Below, piece after piece: positions 1 through 9,627 of a stretch of 64,000 nucleotides of DNA. The DNA lies in NCBI GenBank assembly GCA_023818695.1, contig JAMWCF010000001.1, positions 3,538 through 67,537 of the forward strand. The letters are read 5' to 3'. A program made the position numbers and the translations under genes. The notes beneath the pieces were generated by a model. It did not search any database, was not told the DNA's origin, and saw nothing but the letters and a program-made list of their open reading frames with translations. The first letter of the stretch is position 1, and each line of letters starts with the position of its first letter. This stretch comes from Candidatus Omnitrophota bacterium. GTDB taxonomy: Bacteria; Omnitrophota; Gorgyraeia; 1-14-0-20-64-10.

Positions 1-19
1 CCTGGTTTAAATCCTCCGC

Positions 20-36
20 TTTACAGATTACTTACA
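20..36 (+). promoter_or_regulatory. Putative Pho box (PhoB/PhoP direct repeat)
   Basis: TTTACA-gatta-CTTACA with 11-bp period, upstream of the small ORF, porin and pst genes; the same motif recurs before pstS. Confidence 0.65.
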
Positions 37-122
37 GCTCCATCATCATTCCCTCACCCCCCATCCGTATCCTTTTCATTAAACAGATAAATCAGACTGA
101 AGTCTAACGAGGAGGGTTAGGC

Positions 123-332
123 ATGCGTGAAATGGATAAGCTGACCCAGATCATTCGAAGCCAATCAAAGGCCCTGCAGGCGCTGCTGGTCTACATGGAG
201 AGCCAAGGAAATTGGACGAAAGAGGATGTGAGTTTCTGCCGGCATACCCTGCGGCGAGTGGCGAGGGAATTGATCAGCGCCAGCCGGGGCCGTTTAGGCG
301 AGCTTGAGATCCCTTTCCTGATTCACGGTTAG
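123..332 (+). CDS. Small hypothetical protein (69 aa)
   Basis: GAGGAGG RBS before ATG; amphipathic helical sequence; co-oriented with the porin gene 28 bp downstream. Confidence 0.55.
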   Translation: MREMDKLTQIIRSQSKALQALLVYMESQGNWTKEDVSFCRHTLRRVARELISASRGRLGELEIPFLIHG

Positions 333-360
333 ACAAAGCAACCTAAGGAGGCAATAAAAC

Positions 361-1665
361 ATGCACGAGAGGATGAAACAGATATTTGCTTTTCTTTTGG
401 CCGGCTTGTTTACGCTGAGCCCCGCTTCCGCGTGGGCCGGCGAGAACGAGATGATGGACGCCCTCATTCACAAGCTGGTTGAAAAGGGGGTGTTGACCCG
501 CGAAGAAGGGTGGGAGATCAAGAAAGAGGTTGCGGAGGAAGCGGCCGGCATGGCGAAAGGGCGCGAGTCCGAAGCCAAGGACGCCGCCTCCAAGATGGCC
601 GGCGGCAGCTGGCTGAAGACCGTCAAGTGGAAGGGGGACCTTCGCCTCCGGCATGAGACCCAGAAGAGGGCGGGGACGGATCGCCTCCGGGAGCGGTTCC
701 GGCTGCGTTTCGGGTTCACCGCCAAGCCGATCGAACCGTTGGAGATCGGCGTGAGACTCGCCACAGGGACGAGCGGCGATCCTGTTTCCACCAATCAGAG
801 TTTCGACACCTCATTTGACAAGAAAGCGATCTTCGTTGACCAGGCGTACGCCACCTACAAGGCTCTCGAGTGGTTAAGCGTCACGGGCGGCAAGATGGAG
901 AATCCCTACTGGCTTTTGCCGGAGGGCCTCGTCTGGGACAGCGATGTGACTCCCGAAGGGGCGGTGGTGCAGCTCAAGAGTCCGACTCCGCTGCCCATCC
1001 TGGATGAGTTCGTGAAGGTGACCCCGTTTGCCAGCGCCGGAGGGTACGTGATCGATGAGATCTCCGGCGATGAAGGGGACCCAGGCCTGTTCGGGTACCA
1101 GGGCGGCGCGACGGTGGAAGGGCTGCCTTTCGACGCGAAGTGGACAACGGCGATCGCCTACTATGACTATACCGGCATCGACGGCAGAAGGACGAGCGAC
1201 ATCACCAATGCCACCGCCGGCAACTCCACGAGCGGTTCGGCGGCGATCCCGATCTTCGGGAACGACTACGACCTGGTGAACGTTTCCAGCGAGTTGAAAA
1301 TCCCGCTTCCGTTCGAATGCGTCCCTCAAATGGTGTTGATGGGGGACTTCGTCCATAACCCCACCGCCCAGGACCATCAGAGCGGCCATATGGTCGGCGT
1401 GAACCTCGGGAAAGTGACCGACAAGCTCGGTAGCTGGGAGGCCTTCTACCACTGGAAGTATCTGGAGCCGGACGCCGTCTTCGGGGCGCTCACCGACTCC
1501 GACTTCGGCGGAGGCGGGACCAACCACCGGGGGCACATCATGGGGGCCAGGATGGGGCTGAACAAGTATGCCGCCGTCTCCGTGAAGTATTTCCGGACGG
1601 AGGAGGTCCGCGGAACCAACGCCCACGTCGATACGCTCCAAGCCGACCTGCAGTTGAAGTATTAA
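361..1665 (+). CDS. Putative outer-membrane porin, probably phosphate-starvation-linked
   Basis: AAGGAGG RBS; signal peptide (..ASAWA); LVEKGVLT helical leader; KGDLRLRHE and RERFRLRFG beta-strands; C-terminal aromatic (LQLKY); directly upstream of pstS. Confidence 0.8.
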   Translation: MHERMKQIFAFLLAGLFTLSPASAWAGENEMMDALIHKLVEKGVLTREEGWEIKKEVAEEAAGMAKGRESEAKDAASKMAGGSWLKTVKWKGDLRLRHETQKRAGTDRLRERFRLRFGFTAKPIEPLEIGVRLATGTSGDPVSTNQSFDTSFDKKAIFVDQAYATYKALEWLSVTGGKMENPYWLLPEGLVWDSDVTPEGAVVQLKSPTPLPILDEFVKVTPFASAGGYVIDEISGDEGDPGLFGYQGGATVEGLPFDAKWTTAIAYYDYTGIDGRRTSDITNATAGNSTSGSAAIPIFGNDYDLVNVSSELKIPLPFECVPQMVLMGDFVHNPTAQDHQSGHMVGVNLGKVTDKLGSWEAFYHWKYLEPDAVFGALTDSDFGGGGTNHRGHIMGARMGLNKYAAVSVKYFRTEEVRGTNAHVDTLQADLQLKY

Positions 1666-1678
1666 GGGGAGAGATCAG

Positions 1679-1706
1679 CTTACATAATCCTTACAATCGC
1701 CAGACA
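1679..1706 (+). promoter_or_regulatory. Putative Pho box upstream of pstS
   Basis: CTTACA-taatc-CTTACA-atcgc-CAGACA, three half-sites at 11-bp period. Confidence 0.75.
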
Positions 1707-1763
1707 GAACGCTGATTTGTAGACGGTAACTTTGTATATGAAAACAGGAGAAAAAGAGCAGAG

Positions 1764-2774
1764 ATGAAAACGACGCGATGGCTCATAGCGGCGGTCATGA
1801 GCGCCGGACTGGCCCTGCCGGCCCCGGCTCAAGCGGCCGGCCTCAAGGGGAAGATCATGATCGACGGTTCCAGCACCGTTTACCCGATCACGGAGGCGGT
1901 GGCGGAGGAGTTTCAGGAGCAGAACCCGGGCGTTCGGATCACGGTCGGGATTTCCGGTACCGGAGGGGGATTCAAGAAGTTCGGTCGAGGGGAGACCGAT
2001 ATCTCGAATGCCTCCAGGCCAATCAAGTCCTCCGAAGCGGAAGCGGCGAAGAAGTCAGGCGTCGAATATATCGAACTGCCGGTCGCTTTCGACGGTCTGG
2101 CGGTGATGGTTCACCCCAGCAACACCTGGTGCGATTCGATGACGGTGGCGGAGCTCAAAAAGCTTTGGGAACCGGCGGCGCAGGGGAAGATCACCCGCTG
2201 GAATCAGATCCGGGCCGGCTGGCCGGATGAGGAGATCCATCTCTTCGGCGCGGGGGTTGATTCTGGCACCTTCGACTACTTCACCGAGGCGATCGTCGGC
2301 AAGGCCCAGTCGAGCCGGGGGGATTTCACCTCCAGCGAAGATGACAACGTTCTGGTGCAGGGGATCTCGAGCGACCGGCTTGCGCTGGGATTTTTCGGGC
2401 TCGCCTACTACGACCACAACAAGGAGAAGCTGAAGCTGGTGGCGATTGACGATGAGAATTCATCGAACGGCAGCGGCCCGATCCTGCCGACCAGGGAAAC
2501 GGTCGAAGGGGGGACTTACCAGCCGCTGGCGAGGCCGATCTTCATTTATGTCAACAAGAAGTCGGCGGAGCGGCCGGAGGTGAGCGCCTTCGTTCGGTTT
2601 TACCTGGAGAACGCCCCCACGCTGGTCCCGGAGGTCGGTTACATCTCCCTGCCCGGGGAGGTTTACCGGCTGGCCGCTAACCGCTTTGAGGTGAAGAAAA
2701 GCGGGTCTGTTTTCGCCGGCGGCGGTCCGAAGGTGGGAGTGACGCTGGCGAATCTCCTGGAACAAAGCCGTTAG
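1764..2774 (+). CDS. pstS: Phosphate ABC transporter substrate-binding protein
   Basis: [25 protein letters not shown] motifs; signal peptide. Confidence 0.96.
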   Translation: MKTTRWLIAAVMSAGLALPAPAQAAGLKGKIMIDGSSTVYPITEAVAEEFQEQNPGVRITVGISGTGGGFKKFGRGETDISNASRPIKSSEAEAAKKSGVEYIELPVAFDGLAVMVHPSNTWCDSMTVAELKKLWEPAAQGKITRWNQIRAGWPDEEIHLFGAGVDSGTFDYFTEAIVGKAQSSRGDFTSSEDDNVLVQGISSDRLALGFFGLAYYDHNKEKLKLVAIDDENSSNGSGPILPTRETVEGGTYQPLARPIFIYVNKKSAERPEVSAFVRFYLENAPTLVPEVGYISLPGEVYRLAANRFEVKKSGSVFAGGGPKVGVTLANLLEQSR

Positions 2775-2850
2775 TCCCATGCAGTTAACCGAAACCCTCC
2801 CTCTTGGAAGAACGCAAGAAGGAGGGTTTGGTTTCTCGAAAAGCAAGGTG

Positions 2851-3762
2851 ATGCCGAGTTTTCCCGTTTCTTCAAGACGAAACAGGCAGAAAGTCCGGGA
2901 AGAGGCGATCCGCGTGACGCTGGCTTCCTGCGGGTTTCTCTCGGTGCTGACGACCCTCGGGATCGTCGGCGTCCTCCTTTTTGAGACACTGGCCTTCTTC
3001 AGGGAGGTGTCCATCTTTAAATTCCTGACCGACACCCAGTGGACTCCCCTGTTTGCCGACAAACATTTCGGCATCTGGCCGCTGGTGGCGGGGACCTTCC
3101 TGACCGCCGCGGCGGCCATCGGGGTGGCCATGCCGGTGGGGATGTTGAGCGCCATCTATTTAAGTGAGTACGCTACCGACCGGTTCAGGAAGGTCGTGAA
3201 GCCGATTCTGGAGATCTTAGCCGGCATCCCGACGGTTGTTTACGGTTATTTCGCTCTCCTGTTCGTCACGCCCCTTCTTCAGAGACTGATCCCCGGGTTG
3301 TCCGGTTTCAACGCCTTGAGCCCCGGCATCGTGATGGGGATCATGATCATCCCGATGGTCTGCTCTTTGAGCGAGGATGCCATGTATGCGGTCCCCCAGA
3401 GTTTGCGGGAGGGGGCCTATGCCCTGGGTTCCTCCCGTCTGCAGGTCGCCTTGAAGGTGGTGGTGCCGGCCGCTTTTTCCGGCATCACCGCCTCCTTCCT
3501 GCTGGCGGTTTCCAGGGCGATCGGAGAGACGATGATCGTGGCGATCGCGGCGGGGCAGCAGCCGCGCTTGACCCTCAACCCGACCGTCCCGGTGGAGACG
3601 ATGACCGCCTACATTGTCCAGGTCAGTCTGGGAGACACGCCGACCGGCACGATCGAGTACAAGACGATTTTCGCGGTCGGCATGGCGTTGTTCCTCTGCA
3701 CGCTGACACTGAACCTTGTCAGCCAGTTCCTGCGGGAACGGTGTCAGGAACAGTACGAATGA
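2851..3762 (+). CDS. pstC: Phosphate ABC transporter permease PstC (start uncertain, 2779-2851)
   Basis: [22 protein letters not shown] motifs; multiple TM segments. Confidence 0.95.
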   Translation: MPSFPVSSRRNRQKVREEAIRVTLASCGFLSVLTTLGIVGVLLFETLAFFREVSIFKFLTDTQWTPLFADKHFGIWPLVAGTFLTAAAAIGVAMPVGMLSAIYLSEYATDRFRKVVKPILEILAGIPTVVYGYFALLFVTPLLQRLIPGLSGFNALSPGIVMGIMIIPMVCSLSEDAMYAVPQSLREGAYALGSSRLQVALKVVVPAAFSGITASFLLAVSRAIGETMIVAIAAGQQPRLTLNPTVPVETMTAYIVQVSLGDTPTGTIEYKTIFAVGMALFLCTLTLNLVSQFLRERCQEQYE

Positions 3763-4643
3763 AACTGGAAGGGATGCATCTTCAGAGAATGCTCCGCGGC
3801 CAGAAAAGGTCGGAGCGGGTTTTCAAGATTGTTGCGGGTGGAGCGTTGCTTTTCGCGCTTGTCGCTTTGGCCATCCTGATTATCGACGTCTTCCTCGATG
3901 GCTTCCGCCGGCTGGACTGGCAGTTCCTGACCTCTTTTCCGTCCCGAAAGCCAGAGAGGGCAGGGGTTCTTTCCGCGCTGGTCGGCACGGTCTACATGAT
4001 GGGTTTGACCGCCCTCCTTGCTTTCCCGATCGGCGTCGGGGCGGCGATTTACCTGGAGGAGTATGCCCGTAAGAAAAACTGGTTCTCCCGGCTGATTGAG
4101 GTGAACATAGCGAACCTGGCCGGTGTCCCGTCTATCTTGTACGGTCTGCTGGGACTTGAGTTGTTTGTCCGGATGATGGGGTTGGGACGGTCGGTCCTGG
4201 CGGGGGCGCTCACGATGGCTCTCCTGGTCCTGCCGATCGTCATCATTGCCTCCAGGGAGGCGATCCGGGTCGTTTCTCCCGCCATCAAGGAAGGGTCTTT
4301 CGCGCTGGGGGCAAGCCGGTGGCAGACCATCTGGTACCAGGTCCTGCCGATCGCTTTCCCAGGGATACTGACCGGTTCGATCCTGGCTTTTTCCAGGGTG
4401 ATCGGGGAGGCGGCCCCCATGATCACGATCGGAGCTTTGGCCTTCATCGCTTTCCTTCCGGACAGTCCCTTGTCGCCGTTTACCGTCCTTCCGATCCAGA
4501 TTTTTAACTGGGTCTCCCGCCCGCAGAAAGGGTTCTTCACCTGCGCGGCGGCGGGAATCCTGATTCTGCTGGCTGTGTTGCTGATGATGAACGCGGCGGC
4601 CGTCTTTTTGAGGCAGCGATACCAGAAGAGGTTGTACCTATGA
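3759..4643 (+). CDS. pstA: Phosphate ABC transporter permease PstA
   Basis: [20 protein letters not shown] motifs; ATGA overlap with pstC. Confidence 0.95.
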   Translation: MKLEGMHLQRMLRGQKRSERVFKIVAGGALLFALVALAILIIDVFLDGFRRLDWQFLTSFPSRKPERAGVLSALVGTVYMMGLTALLAFPIGVGAAIYLEEYARKKNWFSRLIEVNIANLAGVPSILYGLLGLELFVRMMGLGRSVLAGALTMALLVLPIVIIASREAIRVVSPAIKEGSFALGASRWQTIWYQVLPIAFPGILTGSILAFSRVIGEAAPMITIGALAFIAFLPDSPLSPFTVLPIQIFNWVSRPQKGFFTCAAAGILILLAVLLMMNAAAVFLRQRYQKRLYL

Positions 4644-5425
4644 GTCCGGTTGTGGAGCTTAAGGAAGAACAGCCGATCGCTTTCGGCATCCAGGATCTGA
4701 ATGCCTGGTATGGGTCTTTCCAGGCCCTCAAGAATATCAGCATGTCGATTCCGGAGAAGAGGATCACCGCCATCATTGGGCCCTCCGGCTGCGGAAAGAG
4801 CACTCTGATCAGGTGCCTGAACAGGATCAATGATTTGATCCCGGATTTTCGCCTGGAGGGGCAGATCTATTTCAAAGGGAAGGAGATCAACGACCCGTCG
4901 GTGGACCCGATCGAGGTTCGCCTGCGCATCGGCATGGTTTTCCAGAAGCCGAACCCGTTCCCGAAATCGATCTATGATAATATCGCCTATGGGCCCCGGT
5001 TGATCGGCGTCAAGAACGGCAGCCGCTTGGACGGCATCGTCGAAGAGAGTCTGAAGAAGGCGGCCATCTGGAACGAGGTGAAGGATAGTCTGCGCAAGAG
5101 TGCTCTGGCCCTCTCCGGTGGCCAGCAACAGCGATTGTGCATCGCCAGAACTCTGGCCGTTGACCCGGAAGTGCTCCTGCTGGATGAACCGTGCTCCGCG
5201 CTGGACCCGATCGCCACCGGCAAGATCGAGGAGTTGATTTACCGGCTCAAGGAGGAGTACACGGTGGCGATCGTTACGCATAATATGCAGCAGGCCGCTC
5301 GGGTCTCGAATTACACCGGTTTTCTGCTGATGGGGGAGCTGGTGGAGTTCGGACCGACGGAAAAGATTTTCACGAACCCGGCCGATTCTCGGACGGAAGA
5401 GTACATCACGGGACGGTTCGGCTGA
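4640..5425 (+). CDS. pstB: Phosphate ABC transporter ATPase
   Basis: [38 protein letters not shown]. Confidence 0.97.
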   Translation: MSPVVELKEEQPIAFGIQDLNAWYGSFQALKNISMSIPEKRITAIIGPSGCGKSTLIRCLNRINDLIPDFRLEGQIYFKGKEINDPSVDPIEVRLRIGMVFQKPNPFPKSIYDNIAYGPRLIGVKNGSRLDGIVEESLKKAAIWNEVKDSLRKSALALSGGQQQRLCIARTLAVDPEVLLLDEPCSALDPIATGKIEELIYRLKEEYTVAIVTHNMQQAARVSNYTGFLLMGELVEFGPTEKIFTNPADSRTEEYITGRFG

Positions 5426-5454
5426 TGGAAACCGAGGATGGAGGGGGAATTTCC

Positions 5455-6117
5455 ATGTTGAGGCATTTTGACGCGGAGCTGCAGGAGCTCAAGGGACAGA
5501 CTTTGACGATGGCCGGCATGGCCGAGCAGGCGGTCGGCCGGGCGATGAGCGCCCTCGTCGAGAGGGACGCCCCCCTGGCGGAAAAGGTGATCGAGGAGGA
5601 CGCGGCTGTCAACCGGCTGGAGGTCGACATCGAGGAAAAGTGCCTCTCCCTTCTGGCCCGCTACCAGCCGGAGGCGAAGGATCTGCGGACGATTGCGATG
5701 ATCTTCAAGATCGTCAACGACTTGGAAAGGGTTGGCGACCAGGGGGTCAACATCGCCGAGCGGACGCTGGATCTGCTGAAGTACCCTCTGCTGAAGCCGC
5801 TGATTGATCTGCCCCGGATGGCGGTCCTCGCCCAAAGGATGCTCAAGGATTCCCTGGATGCTTTCGTCAACGCCAATCCGGAGCTGGCGAGGGAAGTCTG
5901 CCGCCGGGATTCGGAGGTGGACCATCTCAACGACCAGGTCTATCACGAACTGCTTGTCTACATGACGCAGGATCCAAAGACGATCACCCGCGCGCTCGAC
6001 CTGATTTTGATCGGCCGGTCGCTGGAGCGGGTCGCGGATCACGCCACCAACATCGCCGAAGACGTTTATTACCTCGTCAAAGGGACCACCATCAAACACC
6101 GGCTCGCCGGCGTCTGA
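5455..6117 (+). CDS. phoU: Phosphate signalling protein PhoU
   Basis: DLERVGD and LERVADHATNIAE repeats; follows pstB. Confidence 0.95.
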   Translation: MLRHFDAELQELKGQTLTMAGMAEQAVGRAMSALVERDAPLAEKVIEEDAAVNRLEVDIEEKCLSLLARYQPEAKDLRTIAMIFKIVNDLERVGDQGVNIAERTLDLLKYPLLKPLIDLPRMAVLAQRMLKDSLDAFVNANPELAREVCRRDSEVDHLNDQVYHELLVYMTQDPKTITRALDLILIGRSLERVADHATNIAEDVYYLVKGTTIKHRLAGV

Positions 6118-6199
6118 CGCGCGGGTGTCCGGCCGGTTTCCTTCCCGTTTGGGGCCCGGCCCCCTCTTGGTGTATCATGGATTTCAGAGGAGAATGCCG

Positions 6200-6556
6200 A
6201 TGAGAACAATCCCCATTCTTTTTTCTGCCGTTGTGTTCTGCCAGATCATCCAGGCGCCCTCCGTTCACGGAATGGGCAAGGAACCCGAGGCGGCGCCCGC
6301 CCAGTTTTCCGCGCGGGGCCGGACCGTCGAGGTTGTCCCGGAGGGAAACTCCGAGTGGGTGGTGACCCTTCAGACCGGCGGGCACGAATCCCTGTCGCTG
6401 CGCTGTTCGGCACAGTTGACGACTGTCATGCAGGGAGGAATCCACCTGCATCCCTCCGAGCTTCGTAAGGGGGATTGGCTGCAGGTGGAAGGGGAGTTGC
6501 TCGGCGGCAAGCGGATTGCCAGGAGGATCTGGATTGAGCTCCCTCCCGCTGAATAA
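6200..6556 (+). CDS. Exported small beta-rich protein (OB-fold/DUF5666-like)
   Basis: GAGGAG RBS, signal peptide, LRKGDWLQVEG...ARRI motif. Confidence 0.55.
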   Translation: MRTIPILFSAVVFCQIIQAPSVHGMGKEPEAAPAQFSARGRTVEVVPEGNSEWVVTLQTGGHESLSLRCSAQLTTVMQGGIHLHPSELRKGDWLQVEGELLGGKRIARRIWIELPPAE

Positions 6557-7745
6557 AGCGGCGGTTCTTCTGGCGCTCGGGTTGGCGGCGGGGATTTTTT
6601 TGCCATCGGTGGGAGATGCCGGGCCGGCGTCCGACCCGCCGTTGGGATTGTGGATCACCTGCCTGGATCCCGAAAGCCCTTTGAATAACCCGGGCCAGGT
6701 TGAGAAACTGGTTTCTTTCGCCGAGCAGGGAAAATTCAAGATCCTCTTCGTCCAGGTTTACCGGGCGGACAAGGCCTGGTTTCTCTCGGAGACAGCGGAT
6801 TCCTCTCCGTACCTGGAGGCCAGGGAAAAAGCCGGCGGGATCGATCCCCTGCAGGAGCTGATCGATCGGGCCCATGGGAAAGGGATCGAGGTCCACGCTT
6901 GGATCAACACCCTGACCCTCTCCAGGAATTTTCAATCCGCCTTCCTGAAGGAATCCGGCGATGAGATTCTAACGAAGGACCAGTACGGCAACAGCGCTGT
7001 CAAGAACGAGGAGGCCTTGGAGGCGCCGTACCGGTATTACGAGCAGGAAAACCAGCTGTTTTTGGAGCCGGGTGATCCCAGGGTAAAGGAGCGGGTCCTG
7101 CGCGTCGTGGCGGAGCTGATCCGCGCCTATCCGACGCTGGACGGGATTCACTTCGACTACATCCGTTACCCGGCGGCGCCCCCGTTTATTCCGGGCTCCC
7201 GCTTCAACGCCGTCGGACTGTCCTACGGCTACGGGGAGCGCAATGTCGAGCGTTTCCGCCAAGCGCACGGCTTCGATCCACACGATGTTCGGGGACAGGC
7301 GGACAAGGCACTGCTGTGGGACCGGTGGAAAAGGGAGCAAATCACCGAGCTGTTGAGGGAGTGCTCCCGGCAGATCAAGGCGTCGGACCCCTCCAAGCAG
7401 GTTTCCTGCGCGGTGGTCCCATCGTTCGACCGGGCCTATCATGCGGCCGGGCAGGATTGGGGAAAATGGCTTGAGGAGAATATCATCGATTTCGCCGTTT
7501 TGATGAACTACTCCGTGGATCACAGAGCCGTGTGGCTGGGTTCCAGGGCCGCCGTCGGGATCGCCGGGGATCCCCGGCGGATCGCCATCGGCTTGGGCGC
7601 TTATCTTCTGGAGAAGGACCCCACGGCCTTCCAAGAACAGATTGACGCCAGCCGCCGTTTGGGTCCCCGAGCGGTTGTCCTCTTCGATTATTCGGCCGCC
7701 TCCCGACTTTCCACTGCGAAATCGGTTTCGATGGATGAGGAGTAA
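6534..7745 (+). CDS. Glycoside hydrolase-like family 10 protein (GHL10, DigH/YddW-like)
   Basis: DPLQELIDRAHGKGIEVHAW, DGIHFDYIRYP, GQDWGKW motifs; AGGAGG RBS before TTG at 6534; signal peptide. Confidence 0.85.
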   Translation: MSSLPLNKAAVLLALGLAAGIFLPSVGDAGPASDPPLGLWITCLDPESPLNNPGQVEKLVSFAEQGKFKILFVQVYRADKAWFLSETADSSPYLEAREKAGGIDPLQELIDRAHGKGIEVHAWINTLTLSRNFQSAFLKESGDEILTKDQYGNSAVKNEEALEAPYRYYEQENQLFLEPGDPRVKERVLRVVAELIRAYPTLDGIHFDYIRYPAAPPFIPGSRFNAVGLSYGYGERNVERFRQAHGFDPHDVRGQADKALLWDRWKREQITELLRECSRQIKASDPSKQVSCAVVPSFDRAYHAAGQDWGKWLEENIIDFAVLMNYSVDHRAVWLGSRAAVGIAGDPRRIAIGLGAYLLEKDPTAFQEQIDASRRLGPRAVVLFDYSAASRLSTAKSVSMDEE

Positions 7746-9012
7746 ACGTCTGTCCATTCTGTTTCTTCCTCTTTTTATCGGCGCGGGCGCCGTCTTCTTT
7801 CTCTTTTTCACGACGCCGGGCGCCATCTGGCTGACCCGGGGGATCCTTTATCTGGCGTTCGATTCCAGCGCCGTGACTTTTGGAAGCCTGAAAGGGTCCA
7901 TCGGGACCGGCGTTTCCGTGCGGGATATCCAGGTGAGCCGCCTGACTGGATTGCCCGCGGGCTCCGTTCTAAAGGTGCAGGAATTGATCGTCTCCGGCAA
8001 TCCGCTCCATCTGGAGCATATGAAGGCGGAAGTGCGCAATGGCCGCCTTCACCTGCCGGAATCGGACCATCCGGTTTTCTTCGCGGGACGGTATGAAGAT
8101 TTCATCTTCAACATCAACCTTTTCTCAAAAAGCGTCGGAGTCAGGGATACCCTGGAGCTTTTTTCCAAGGAAGGGAACTTCAGCCGGGTAGCCGGTGTGG
8201 TGAGCGACCTGGACGGCTACATCAAGGGTTCCTGGCGCAGGCCTGAAGTCAGCGGGACGCTGAAGATCGAGAACTTTTCCTACAAGGAGTTTTTGCTGGA
8301 AGACTGCCCGGTCTCTTTCCGGCTTCAGATAGAAGGGGTCAAGACGAACCCCGCAGGAACTGGGGAGGTGGTCTTTCAAAGCGGCCGGATCCGCTCCAAG
8401 AGAGCCGTTGTCTCCCTGGAGGAGAGCCGGATGTTGTTTTCAGGCAACCTGAAGGAACCGGACCTCCGTTTCAGCGGCGTGTCCAGAATTGAGGATATCA
8501 AGATCAATATTCAGCTGCTGGGAACGTTGAAAAAGCCGGAACTGCGGTTGAGCTCCGATCCGCCGCTGGCGCAGGAGTCCCTTCTGCTGATGCTGGTGAC
8601 GGGCAAAAAGTGGGGAGGTGTCGACTCGGCAGTCTCTTCGGGGCAGGTCCCTTTGAATCTGGCCAGGGACTTCGTGGACTATTTTATCTTCTCCAACATG
8701 GGGGAACATCTTTCCAAGAAACTCGGGATGGAGGGGGTTTCCCTCACCTACAACACGCAGACGAATGAAATGGGGGTAACGAAATCGGTTGCCGACAAGA
8801 TGGAGTTGCGCTACGGGGTCGAGCGTCCCCGCGCCGGAGAGCAGCCCAAAACAACCGAAACGCACAAGGTTGGAGCGGAAATCAAAATTACGGATAAAAT
8901 CTCTGTAGAGGCCCAAGGGCAAGTCCGCCAGCCTACGGAAGAAGAGGAAAGCCAGCAGGAAACCGCGCAGAAAGACGGAAAGGTTCTCCTGAAGTACAAG
9001 CAGAAGTTTTGA
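7735..9012 (+). CDS. Short TamB/AsmA-like protein
   Basis: N-terminal TM plus FTTPG; C-terminal GTLKKPELRLSSDPPLAQESLLLMLVTG typical of the TamB DUF490 region; ends KYKQKF. Confidence 0.7.
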   Translation: MRSKRLSILFLPLFIGAGAVFFLFFTTPGAIWLTRGILYLAFDSSAVTFGSLKGSIGTGVSVRDIQVSRLTGLPAGSVLKVQELIVSGNPLHLEHMKAEVRNGRLHLPESDHPVFFAGRYEDFIFNINLFSKSVGVRDTLELFSKEGNFSRVAGVVSDLDGYIKGSWRRPEVSGTLKIENFSYKEFLLEDCPVSFRLQIEGVKTNPAGTGEVVFQSGRIRSKRAVVSLEESRMLFSGNLKEPDLRFSGVSRIEDIKINIQLLGTLKKPELRLSSDPPLAQESLLLMLVTGKKWGGVDSAVSSGQVPLNLARDFVDYFIFSNMGEHLSKKLGMEGVSLTYNTQTNEMGVTKSVADKMELRYGVERPRAGEQPKTTETHKVGAEIKITDKISVEAQGQVRQPTEEEESQQETAQKDGKVLLKYKQKF

Positions 9013-9013
9013 A

Positions 9014-9562
9014 ATGCTGAAGCGACTGATTGTCATCGTTCTGGTTTTAGCGTTCGCCCTTTTGCTGGCGGTTTCCTTCGCCTTCCGCTCCTACCGGATC
9101 TTCACCTCGGAGGAGATGGTTGCCATCATCCAGTGCGAACCGCCCCGGGAGGGCTCTGGTTTCGATTTCCAGTTGAAACTGACTCCGGTTGTCGGCGGCA
9201 TGGAGAGGGCACCCACCGTTCATCCGATGCACGGTGAACAATGGATGATCGGCGGGGAGTATCTCAAATGGCATCCCTGGCTGAACCTGCTGGGTTTGAA
9301 AAACCGTCATAAGCTGACTTGGCTTTCCAGCCGCTACGTCGCCGCGGAGGCCGAACTGAAAAAGAGCCGTTCCGTGTATGAGCTCAACGGCGGGACAGGC
9401 CGGGCCTGGCTTCTGCTCTACCGGATCCAATCCGTCCTTCCTTTCGTGGAAGCGGTCTACGGAAACGCCGCCTACACGATGGCCTATTCCGGCGGGACAT
9501 GGGGAGTCTATGCGACCCCTTCCGGATACCTTGTCCGCCGGATCCGGCCTCCTCAACGTTAA
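9014..9562 (+). CDS. Membrane-anchored hypothetical protein
   Basis: N-terminal TM helix; translationally coupled to the upstream gene. Confidence 0.7.
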   Translation: MLKRLIVIVLVLAFALLLAVSFAFRSYRIFTSEEMVAIIQCEPPREGSGFDFQLKLTPVVGGMERAPTVHPMHGEQWMIGGEYLKWHPWLNLLGLKNRHKLTWLSSRYVAAEAELKKSRSVYELNGGTGRAWLLLYRIQSVLPFVEAVYGNAAYTMAYSGGTWGVYATPSGYLVRRIRPPQR

Positions 9563-9606
9563 CGGACAGAACAAGTTACAAGCCATTCCGTTTTGGGATG
9601 GACGCG

Positions 9607-9615
9607 TGCTATAAT
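9607..9615 (+). promoter_or_regulatory. Extended -10 promoter of the pur operon
   Basis: TGCTATAAT 12 nt before the purB ATG. Confidence 0.65.
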
Positions 9616-9627
9616 AAATTTTCTCTA

